Made by a program: the position numbers and the translations under genes | In this document: piece after piece, positions 26,982 through 33,812 of the stretch | Layout: every line of letters begins with the position of its first letter | How positions within the stretch are numbered: position 1 is the stretch's first letter | Notes under the pieces: generated by a model | Databases searched by the model: none | What the model was told of the DNA's origin: nothing | The model's input: the letters and a program-made list of their open reading frames with translations, nothing else | DNA from: Bacteroidota bacterium | Lineage (GTDB): Bacteria > Bacteroidota > Bacteroidia > Bacteroidales > JADFUO01 | NCBI GenBank assembly: GCA_030610255.1 | Contig: JAUWSB010000002.1 | Coordinates: 1 to 33,812, forward strand | DNA length: 33,812 nucleotides | Reading direction: 5' to 3'

Positions 26982-27530
26982 ATGAAAAAGCAAATATTAT
27001 CAACATTAGTAATTTTATTTATTTTTAATAATGTCTTTTGTCAGGAAGATATAAAATCAAAATATCCAATTGATATAGAAACACAGTTAATTACCTATCA
27101 GGAAGTTGTTCAGGAAGAAGGTACAAAAAATGAGTTGTTTAATCGTTGTATTAACTGGCTTAATAATTTTTATAATAATCCTGTTAGCGTTACTAAAGTT
27201 CGCGATAATAAAACAGGCAAAATAAAAGGTAATCACCGCTTCAGGATTTATTATTTTGATAAAGACGGGAATAAACTGGATGGAGGTATGGTTTTATATT
27301 CATTTGTAATTGAGTTTAAAGACGGACGATACAGGTATACAATTACTGATTTTGTACTAAAAAAAGCTTCACGCTATCCGGTTGAAAAATGGCTTGACAA
27401 ATCTGATCCTGCATATAATCCGCAATGGAATAAATACCTTAAACAGGTTGCAGATTTTGTTGCCGGATGGACGGAAAATTTAAAAATGAAAATGAAACCC
27501 GCACCGGAGAAAGTGGAAGAAGAATGGTAA
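26982..27530 (+). CDS. secreted DUF4468-like protein
   Basis: Signal peptide (ILSTLVILFIFNNVFCQ). ITYQEVVQEEGTKNELFNRCINWL ... KGNHRFRIYY ... YSFVIEFKDGRYRYTITDF pattern typical of the DUF4468 (TBP-like fold) family. Not verified by search. Confidence 0.65.
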   Translation: MKKQILSTLVILFIFNNVFCQEDIKSKYPIDIETQLITYQEVVQEEGTKNELFNRCINWLNNFYNNPVSVTKVRDNKTGKIKGNHRFRIYYFDKDGNKLDGGMVLYSFVIEFKDGRYRYTITDFVLKKASRYPVEKWLDKSDPAYNPQWNKYLKQVADFVAGWTENLKMKMKPAPEKVEEEW

Positions 27531-27532
27531 TA

Positions 27533-28576
27533 ATGACATCATCATCTTCAAAAAAAGACATCAGGGTTATCTCTATTAAGGAGATTAAAGAATTCATGAT
27601 AAATAATAACGAAAAACCTTTTCGTGCAAAACAGGTTTATGAATGGCTTTGGAAAAATTCAGCCGTCTCGTTTGAAGAAATGACCAACCTATCTAAAAAA
27701 ACCCGTGAACTTCTTAATTCCAATTTTGTAATAAATTCAATAAAAATTAATTCACAGCAAAAAAGCAAAGACGGAACAATAAAAATCGCTTTCGGGCTTT
27801 TTGATGGAAATGTTGTTGAGGGAGTACTTATTCCAAGTTCCGACAGGGTGACAGCTTGTATTTCTTCGCAGGTTGGATGTGCTTTAGCCTGTAAATTTTG
27901 TGCAACCGGGCAATTCGGATTTATAAGAAATTTGAATTTTGATGAGATTTATGACCAGGTTGTAATTATCTCAAAAACAGCTCTTGATAATTATAAAATT
28001 CCATTGTCAAACATTGTTTATATGGGCATGGGCGAACCTATGTTGAATTATAAAAATGTAATGAAATCGGTTGAAATAATTACTTCCGCAGATGGACTTG
28101 CAATGTCTCCCCAAAGAATAACCGTTTCAACGGTCGGCATTGCTGCAAAAATCAAGCAACTTGGCGATGATAATGTAAAATTCAATTTAGCACTTTCGCT
28201 TCATACGGCAAATAATAAAAAACGCAACAGTATTTTGCCGGTAAATGAACAAAATTCAATAAAAAAACTTATTGAAGCTTTAAAATATTTTCATTCCAAA
28301 ACAAATAAAAGAATTACAATTGAATATATTTTATTTAAAAATATTAACGATTCATTATCCGATGCCAAAGAATTAGCGGATTTTTGTAAAAACTTCCCGG
28401 TGAAAATAAATATTATTGAATACAATACAGTTGAAGGAAGTGGTTTTAGCAAAGCTGACAATGAAAAAATGAATGAATTTGCGGATTTTATGAAAAGTAA
28501 AAATTTGATAGTAAATATCAGGAAAAGTCGTGGAAAGGATATTGACGCAGCTTGCGGACAATTAGCAAACCGTTAA
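27533..28576 (+). CDS. rlmN: 23S rRNA (adenine2503-C2)-methyltransferase RlmN (radical SAM)
   Basis: FRAKQVYEWLW, radical-SAM cluster motif GCALACKFCATG, MGMGEPMLNY, C-terminal DIDAACGQL. Start placed at the ATG at 27533, just after the upstream stop. The ATG at 27524 is also possible. The listed start at 27467 overlaps the previous gene. Confidence 0.93.
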   Translation: MTSSSSKKDIRVISIKEIKEFMINNNEKPFRAKQVYEWLWKNSAVSFEEMTNLSKKTRELLNSNFVINSIKINSQQKSKDGTIKIAFGLFDGNVVEGVLIPSSDRVTACISSQVGCALACKFCATGQFGFIRNLNFDEIYDQVVIISKTALDNYKIPLSNIVYMGMGEPMLNYKNVMKSVEIITSADGLAMSPQRITVSTVGIAAKIKQLGDDNVKFNLALSLHTANNKKRNSILPVNEQNSIKKLIEALKYFHSKTNKRITIEYILFKNINDSLSDAKELADFCKNFPVKINIIEYNTVEGSGFSKADNEKMNEFADFMKSKNLIVNIRKSRGKDIDAACGQLANR

Positions 28577-28581
28577 AAAAC

Positions 28582-28624
28582 TTGTAACTATTCAGTTTAT
28601 TAATTTAATAATGATTAGTTACAA
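28582..28624. repeat. 9-bp perfect inverted repeat built from two opposed copies of the dispersed motif
   Basis: ttgtaacta (28582-28590) / tagttacaa (28616-28624). GTAACTATTCAG at 28584-28595 and gattagttac at 28613-28622. Confidence 0.75.
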
Positions 28625-28666
28625 AAATTTTGTACTTTTAGTGTTGAATTTTAAAAAATCAATATC

Positions 28667-30301
28667 ATGGAAAACACTTATTCAATATCAGGAAACATAG
28701 TTGATGTGGTAAACCGGAAAATTTTTCAGGGGACAATTACTGTTAAAGACGGTAAAATATCTTCAATAACAAAAGAAAAAACCAATAACACAAATTACAT
28801 CGTTCCCGGGCTGATTGATGCCCATATCCATATTGAAAGTTCAATGCTTATTCCTTCGGAATTTGCACGATTGGCGGTTGTTCACGGTACGGTTGCAACT
28901 GTTTCCGACCCACACGAAATTGCAAATGTGCTGGGAATGGACGGAGTTAAATATATAATAGAAAACGGAAAAAAAGTTCCGCTTAAATTTTATTTCGGTG
29001 CTTCGTCATGTGTTCCTGCAACAACTTTTGAAACATCAGGAGCTACTTTCGGCGTTGATAAAATTGAAGAACTGTTAAAAACGGATGAGATAAAATATCT
29101 TTCAGAAATGATGAACTGGCCCGGAGTATTGTCACATGATAAAGAAGTAATGGCAAAAATAGCTGTTGCAAAAAAATATCATAAACAAGTAGATGGGCAC
29201 GCTCCCGGACTGAGAGGCGAGGAAGCAAAAAAATATATTGAAGCCGGCATTTCAACCGACCACGAATGCTATACAATTGAGGAAGCGCTGGACAAAATCA
29301 AATACGGGATGAAAATAATAATAAGAGAAGGAAGTGCAGCTAAAAATTTTGAAGCATTAATTGGACTTATGGGCAAATATCCTGAAAGATTAATGTTTTG
29401 TTCTGACGACAGGCATCCTAATGACCTTGAAAAATGTCATATTAACGATTTGGTAAAAAGAGCAATAAAAAAAGGATATGATCCGGTTACAGTATTACGA
29501 AGCTGTGTTTATAATCCTGTTAAGCATTATGGTCTTGAAGTTGGACTATTACAGGAAGGTGACCCTGCTGATTTTATAATTATTGATGATTTTGATAATT
29601 TTAATGTTTTGGCAACATATATTGACGGCACTAAAGTTGCTGAAAACGGAAAAACCTTAATTGATCCAATTACAGATTCTACTCCAAACAATTTTAGAAC
29701 AAAACAAATAAAATTACAGGATTTGCAGATAACACCACAATCCGATACTGTTAAAGTTATTCATGCAATTGACGGGCAATTGATTACAAATAAAATTTCA
29801 GCTAAGATAGATATAGAAAAAAACAATGCTGAAAGTAATACAAAAGATGATGTTCTAAAATTGGTTGTGACTAACCGTTATGAACAAGCCAAACCTGCAA
29901 TTGCTTTTATTAATAATTTCGGGTTAAAGAACGGAGCAATTGCTTCGTCAGTAGCTCACGATAGTCATAATATTATTGCTGTTGGTGTTGATGATGAAGA
30001 CATTATGAATGCCGTTAACATGCTGATTAAAGAAAAAGGTGGGGTTTCACTGGCAAATGCAGATGAAAAAATAGTTCTTCCGCTACATGTAGCCGGTTTG
30101 ATGTCAAATAAAGATTGTTATCTTATAGCTTCTGAATATGACAGTATTGACAAGAAAGCAAAAAAATTGGGTTCAAAGCTCAATGCTCCTTATATGACTT
30201 TATCGTTTATGGCATTATTGGTAATTCCTGAATTGAAATTAAGCGATAAGGGTTTGTTTGATGGTATTAGATTTGAATTTACACCGTTATTTGAAGAATA
30301 G
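28667..30301 (+). CDS. ade: adenine deaminase
   Basis: Amidohydrolase metal motif PGLIDAHIHIESSML, then DPHEIANV and HAPGL. The roughly 540-aa two-domain length is typical of Ade. Confidence 0.88.
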   Translation: MENTYSISGNIVDVVNRKIFQGTITVKDGKISSITKEKTNNTNYIVPGLIDAHIHIESSMLIPSEFARLAVVHGTVATVSDPHEIANVLGMDGVKYIIENGKKVPLKFYFGASSCVPATTFETSGATFGVDKIEELLKTDEIKYLSEMMNWPGVLSHDKEVMAKIAVAKKYHKQVDGHAPGLRGEEAKKYIEAGISTDHECYTIEEALDKIKYGMKIIIREGSAAKNFEALIGLMGKYPERLMFCSDDRHPNDLEKCHINDLVKRAIKKGYDPVTVLRSCVYNPVKHYGLEVGLLQEGDPADFIIIDDFDNFNVLATYIDGTKVAENGKTLIDPITDSTPNNFRTKQIKLQDLQITPQSDTVKVIHAIDGQLITNKISAKIDIEKNNAESNTKDDVLKLVVTNRYEQAKPAIAFINNFGLKNGAIASSVAHDSHNIIAVGVDDEDIMNAVNMLIKEKGGVSLANADEKIVLPLHVAGLMSNKDCYLIASEYDSIDKKAKKLGSKLNAPYMTLSFMALLVIPELKLSDKGLFDGIRFEFTPLFEE

Positions 30302-30529
30302 GTTCTACATTAGTTTTAAATCAAGTTTAAAATTATTCCTATAATCAAAAACCTGCAATTTGAAACATATTATTAACATTAACAACAAGCCCATCCATAC
30401 GGGTTTCTAAAGCAAAGCAAACCCATATGGGCTTCGGTCATACGGATAAACTTGATAAACTTTTTTACTAAGTTTCAAAATATATATTATTTAATACATG
30501 CATATATTTGAATATACTATATTTTTTTA

Positions 30530-30537
30530 TATATTTG
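30530..30537 (+). promoter_or_regulatory. Bacteroidota -7 promoter motif (TATATTTG) for the ArsR-family gene
   Basis: TATATTTG followed by CAAAA, 38 nt upstream of the ATG at 30575. A second TATATTTG at 30503-30510 lies within the near-palindrome TATATTtgAATATA (30503-30516). Confidence 0.4.
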
Positions 30538-30574
30538 CAAAAAATTACTAATTAAACATTAAAACTTTTTCGTT

Positions 30575-30874
30575 ATGAAAAAATCAGTATTAAATGTAGC
30601 TAAATTAGAAGCAGCTGCAAGCAAACTAAGAGCAATTGGACATCCTATGCGGATTGCAATAATTGACATGTTAAATGATGAACCTCAAATGAACGTTACT
30701 AAAATTTACAAAGGGCTTGGTATTGAACAAGCTTCTGCTTCTCATCATTTGAATATTTTAAAAACTAAAGGCGTTCTTATTTCAAAACGGGATGGAAAAA
30801 AAATATTATATTCAATAAAAAATGCGGCTTTGTCCGAAATTATTGATTGTATTAACAGGTGTAGCGATTATTAA
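30575..30874 (+). CDS. ArsR/SmtB family winged-helix transcriptional regulator
   Basis: 99 aa. LRAIGHPMRIAIIDML ... VTKIYKGLGIEQASASHHLNILKTKGVLISKRDGKKILYS is the canonical ArsR HTH region. Confidence 0.8.
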   Translation: MKKSVLNVAKLEAAASKLRAIGHPMRIAIIDMLNDEPQMNVTKIYKGLGIEQASASHHLNILKTKGVLISKRDGKKILYSIKNAALSEIIDCINRCSDY

Positions 30875-30890
30875 ATCTTATTATAAAACT

Positions 30891-32795
30891 CTATTGTAGC
30901 TCCCATTCTTCCTCAATATCCCAATTTGCACGTATATTAATATCGGTTGGGAAATAATAGGTTTTTTCGGGTTGAATATTATTTATATAATCTCCTGTAT
31001 CCCATCTGCCATTATTATTTGCGTCAAGTATTGCTTTTATCAAATATTTGCCGGGATTCAGGTATTCGTATTTGATAAGCTGATTTTCCGTAATAAATCT
31101 TTCGTTTAATACATCTTCATTTTCATTTAATAATTGAATAATGTAATGGTTATTCGGATTATCAATTTTGATATTCAGGAAAAGGATTCCATAATCGGTA
31201 AGCAATTTGGTTCGAAAATTTATTATAGTAGTATCATTACTATAATTTTGTAAATCAGTAAAAACCGAATCAGGAATAAATAATTGATAATTGGTGTTTT
31301 CGCTCCATTGACGTGATAATTGTGCCTCTCTTTTTACTGAATCCACAAATGTTATTAGCGGAGAAACAATTGTGTCTTCACCTTCAATAAGCAGGATTTT
31401 TGAAAAATCATAATTCTTTACCGGATATGTAAATTTAATGTTCAGAGGCTTATTAATATCTAAAGCATTTGCTTTTACATTTGACTTTATCTGAATTTTT
31501 TGTGGTTTTTCCTTTCTTTTTTTTAATCGTTTACCCCTGTCAGGTTTAACAAGGGCAATTTCAACGGTATCTAAAACAAGTGTATCATCAGTAATTTTAA
31601 AAACCAGTGTATCAATATCAACATCTTTCAGCCAGTAAATCACAGTGTCTTTTTCAGGATTAATCTCTTCAATCTTCCAATCTGTTTCAAACTGATGATT
31701 TAAAACTTCAATATTTAAATCTTTTACAGGAAATTTAAAAATAAAGGCCAATTGTCCTTTACGGATTAATGCTGCTTTTGTAAGTTGCTGTGTGGAATCA
31801 ATTTCCTGAAAAAGAAAAAGTTTATATAAATTATTTTTAACAGTATCAATTTCAAGTGAATCATTAAAAATTGCTTCATCTGTCAGACTATCAGCTATTA
31901 GACTGTCAAAGACGGGAAAATAATAATAATCAGGAATGAGCAGACTATCTGAGAAAGCGATTTCTTCATTTGGCAGATCATATAAATAATTACCGTTTGC
32001 ATCGCGTAAAGCAAAAATCTTATATATTTCATCTTTTAAATTGTTCAATTCAAATTCCCCTTTGCTATTGGTTTTTGAAACATAATAAGGCTTTACAAAA
32101 TAAGGGACAGAATCAAAAGGTATGGTATCATTGTTATTAATATAAAGCATAACAAATATATCTTCTTCCGGCTTAAGAGTAAATGCGTTTAAAACTTCAC
32201 CGGTAATTGACAGGGAGTCAACAGTAGTGCCGGTTGAAAATACATACTCAAAATTTGAAACGGGATTATTTTCAGTAATATCAGCTATTGCATCACCGAA
32301 AAATATTGTATAAGTAGTACTGTCTTTTAATTTTTCATCAAATTTAATTACAACAGATTTACCTTTTGTTTTAAAATCAGGCATGTCTTCCAAAGGAGGT
32401 GAAATAATTACCTGGCTATTCACATCATTTAATTTAATAAATTCATCAAAATAGATATAAATTTTGTCGGTTGTAAAACCTGAAGAATAATTTGCAGGCA
32501 CGCAATACAAAACCTGTGGCGGAGTAATGTCCCTGGGACCTCCTTTCGGTGGAATGGGATTAGCACAATCTGTAATGATTAAAACTACAGCAATTAACAA
32601 AAATAAATTGAGTAATATTTTTTTAGTATCTATTTCATCAGTTTTTAGTTTTTGTTGCCCGTTTTGGCTTGCACGTACTTCTTCAATTACAGATGTTTCA
32701 AACAATTGAATTTTATCAGGCAATCGTCTTCCCTGAAAATTTAATAATGCTTGCCCTTTGGCAGGGGTTATGTTGTATCCTATTATTTTTTTCAT
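30891..32795 (-). CDS. Ig-like (SbsA/Big_5-type) domain lipoprotein; start codon uncertain
   Basis: Hydrophobic segment plus lipobox (ILLNLFLLIAVVLIITDC), followed by PPKGGPRDITPPQV, typical of Bacteroidota Ig-like-domain lipoproteins. C-terminal ANNNGRWDTGDY motif. The only in-frame ATG lies about 58 codons upstream of the signal peptide. Confidence 0.65.
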   Translation of the reverse strand: MKKIIGYNITPAKGQALLNFQGRRLPDKIQLFETSVIEEVRASQNGQQKLKTDEIDTKKILLNLFLLIAVVLIITDCANPIPPKGGPRDITPPQVLYCVPANYSSGFTTDKIYIYFDEFIKLNDVNSQVIISPPLEDMPDFKTKGKSVVIKFDEKLKDSTTYTIFFGDAIADITENNPVSNFEYVFSTGTTVDSLSITGEVLNAFTLKPEEDIFVMLYINNNDTIPFDSVPYFVKPYYVSKTNSKGEFELNNLKDEIYKIFALRDANGNYLYDLPNEEIAFSDSLLIPDYYYFPVFDSLIADSLTDEAIFNDSLEIDTVKNNLYKLFLFQEIDSTQQLTKAALIRKGQLAFIFKFPVKDLNIEVLNHQFETDWKIEEINPEKDTVIYWLKDVDIDTLVFKITDDTLVLDTVEIALVKPDRGKRLKKRKEKPQKIQIKSNVKANALDINKPLNIKFTYPVKNYDFSKILLIEGEDTIVSPLITFVDSVKREAQLSRQWSENTNYQLFIPDSVFTDLQNYSNDTTIINFRTKLLTDYGILFLNIKIDNPNNHYIIQLLNENEDVLNERFITENQLIKYEYLNPGKYLIKAILDANNNGRWDTGDYINNIQPEKTYYFPTDINIRANWDIEEEWELQ

Positions 32796-32810
32796 TTTTT
32801 CATTTTTTCT

Positions 32811-32861
32811 TAGCGTCTTGGCGAGAGAATGTTTTCACGCAAAGCCGCGAAGTCGCAAAGG
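32811..32861. repeat. 51-bp direct repeat, copy 1 (3' flank of the GxxExxY gene)
   Basis: tagcgtcttggcgagagaatgttttcacgcaaagccgcgaagtcgcaaagg. 49/51 identical to 33267-33317. Confidence 0.9.
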
Positions 32862-32862
32862 T

Positions 32863-33240
32863 TTAAAGATTATTTACTATTCTTGTTATTCCGTCTTTTA
32901 TTAATTTTTCTCCAAAATTTATCAATAGTCCAAGTTTTAAACCTGTTATTCGTAAGTAAGTTAATAATATTTTAGGATGAACTTTTGCAATTGCTTCAAT
33001 TGATTTAAGTTCAACAATAACTATACTTTCAACTATTAAATCTGCTCTGAAACCAAGTTCCATTTTAATATCATCCCAAATTACAGGAATTCCTTTCTGA
33101 CGTTCTACATTTAATCCTTGTTTAACTAATTCATAGTATAAAATTTCTTCATAAACCGATTCCAATAAACCAGGACCAAGTTTTACATGTATATTGTAAG
33201 CTGTATTAACAATTATTTTAGCAATTTCGTTTTCAGTCAT
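32863..33240 (-). CDS. GxxExxY protein (PD-(D/E)XK nuclease-fold family)
   Basis: MTENEIAKIIV...GPGLLESVYEEIL carries the GxxExxY signature (GLLESVY). GFRADLIVE...VIVELK gives the D...E.K nuclease-fold motif. Start placed at the ATG at 33240, because the listed 18-aa extension (MKTFSRQDAKTQRK...) is a read-through of the flanking repeat. Confidence 0.85.
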   Translation of the reverse strand: MTENEIAKIIVNTAYNIHVKLGPGLLESVYEEILYYELVKQGLNVERQKGIPVIWDDIKMELGFRADLIVESIVIVELKSIEAIAKVHPKILLTYLRITGLKLGLLINFGEKLIKDGITRIVNNL

Positions 33241-33266
33241 ATTATAATTGATTTTTCTTTGCGTCT

Positions 33267-33317
33267 TAGCGTCTTGGCGAGAGAATGTTTTCACGCACAG
33301 CCGCGAAATCGCAAAGG
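33267..33317. repeat. 51-bp direct repeat, copy 2 (5' flank of the GxxExxY gene)
   Basis: tagcgtcttggcgagagaatgttttcacgcacagccgcgaaatcgcaaagg. Preceded by an extra gcgtct unit. Confidence 0.9.
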
Positions 33318-33512
33318 ATTATTTATAATTCTTTAATCAATGTTTCAAGTTCTTTTAAATGTTCCCTAAAATCATTCACACCTTCATCAATAAAACATAC
33401 ATAATTAAAATCGGGATTATATTTTAAGAAAACATTTTTAACAAAATTCTCTTTTTTATTTTATCTTATCGTTTTGAACTCAAACTGTCTAAAACTTCAA
33501 TTGTTTTTCAGT

Positions 33513-33812
33513 TTAATTTTCTTCTAAAAGTTTCCCAATCGTAAATTCTTTGTCAATAAAATGCTTTAAAAACTTTGGCAAAACATACAAAACTTTTTCT
33601 TTTGCTTTTTTGCTGTCATGAAAAACAACGATTGAACCTGCTTTTGTATTGTTGATAGCGTTGCTCAGGCATTGTTCTTTGGTTATTTTATTATCAAAAT
33701 CGCCTGTAAGCACCGACCACATTATTATTGTATATTCTTTTTTTATTAATTTTATTTGACTTGACGAAATTTTACCGTAAGGTGGTCTGAATAAATATGA
33801 TTCAAAATAATC
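33513..33812 (-). CDS. polysaccharide deacetylase (NodB-type) family protein, C-terminal part (continues off the right edge)
   Basis: The reading frame stays open from 33722 up to the window end. The upstream translation DYFESYLFRPPYGKISSSQIKLIKKEYTII-MWSVLTGDFD contains the RPPYG motif of NodB deacetylases, and the downstream part contains IVVFHD. Confidence 0.6.
   Translation of the reverse strand, partial: DYFESYLFRPPYGKISSSQIKLIKKEYTIIMWSVLTGDFDNKITKEQCLSNAINNTKAGSIVVFHDSKKAKEKVLYVLPKFLKHFIDKEFTIGKLLEEN

Noticed and set aside
28577-28666. Possible purine riboswitch upstream of the adenine deaminase gene
   Set aside because: The 90-nt leader lacks the conserved purine-riboswitch junction sequences and the three-way helix pattern. 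It contains only the motif hairpin.
28373-29276. Minus-strand ORFs 28373-28561 and 29043-29276
   Set aside because: They are embedded antisense in rlmN and the adenine deaminase gene.
30503-30516. TATATTtgAATATA near-palindrome as an ArsR operator
   Set aside because: A 6+2+6 AT-only palindrome in an extremely AT-rich spacer is expected by chance. It overlaps a promoter-like motif but there is no independent support.
32527-32866. Plus-strand ORFs 32527-32709 and 32669-32866
   Set aside because: The first is antisense to the Ig-like lipoprotein gene. The second is a read-through of the 51-bp repeat (...LASWRENVFTQSREVAKV), mirroring the spurious extension of the GxxExxY ORF.
33319-33470. Minus-strand coding-like remnant ...NFVKNVFLKYNPDFNYVCFIDEGVNDFREHLKELETLIKEL*
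   Set aside because: There is no start codon in frame after the upstream stop, it is under 50 codons, and I recognise no family. It is mentioned only as context for the direct-repeat finding and is not called as a gene.

Overview
AT-rich chromosomal segment that reads as a Bacteroidota genome. It carries the porP-gldK-gldL-gldM-gldN type IX secretion/gliding core, a PorW/SprE-like TPR lipoprotein, and TAnnTTTG-type promoter motifs 25-60 nt upstream of several start codons. Coding density is high and almost all genes are core housekeeping. In order: bactofilin plus an AtpZ-like protein, M23 peptidase, dxr, rseP, a YitT-family protein, the T9SS core, recG, pheT, and a long nucleotide-sugar dehydrogenase. 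Then a receiver-less sigma-54 activator followed by an lptE-like lipoprotein, a hypothetical protein, secG, groES and groEL. Then a DUF4468 protein, rlmN, adenine deaminase, an ArsR-family regulator, an Ig-like-domain lipoprotein, a GxxExxY (PD-(D/E)XK-fold) protein, and the 3' part of a polysaccharide deacetylase gene. I see no rRNA, tRNA, CRISPR array, transposase/integrase, or recognisable defence, toxin-antitoxin or biosynthetic cluster, so I do not claim a new multi-gene system. The unusual content is small and mostly non-coding. (1) A truncated four-helix-bundle (IVS-protein-like) gene sits inside nested inverted repeats between dxr and rseP. (2) A GxxExxY gene is bracketed by 51-bp direct repeats. 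(3) A dispersed GTAACTAWTCAG-type intergenic motif appears to link several of these sites. (4) A good sigma-54 promoter match (TGGCAC-N5-ATGC), embedded in a palindrome, lies upstream of groES, three genes downstream of a PspF-like domain-less sigma-54 activator. (5) An 18-bp perfect inverted repeat encloses the predicted recG promoter. (6) An identical 23-nt palindromic hairpin occurs at two unrelated gene ends. All functional interpretations of these are inference from sequence only.
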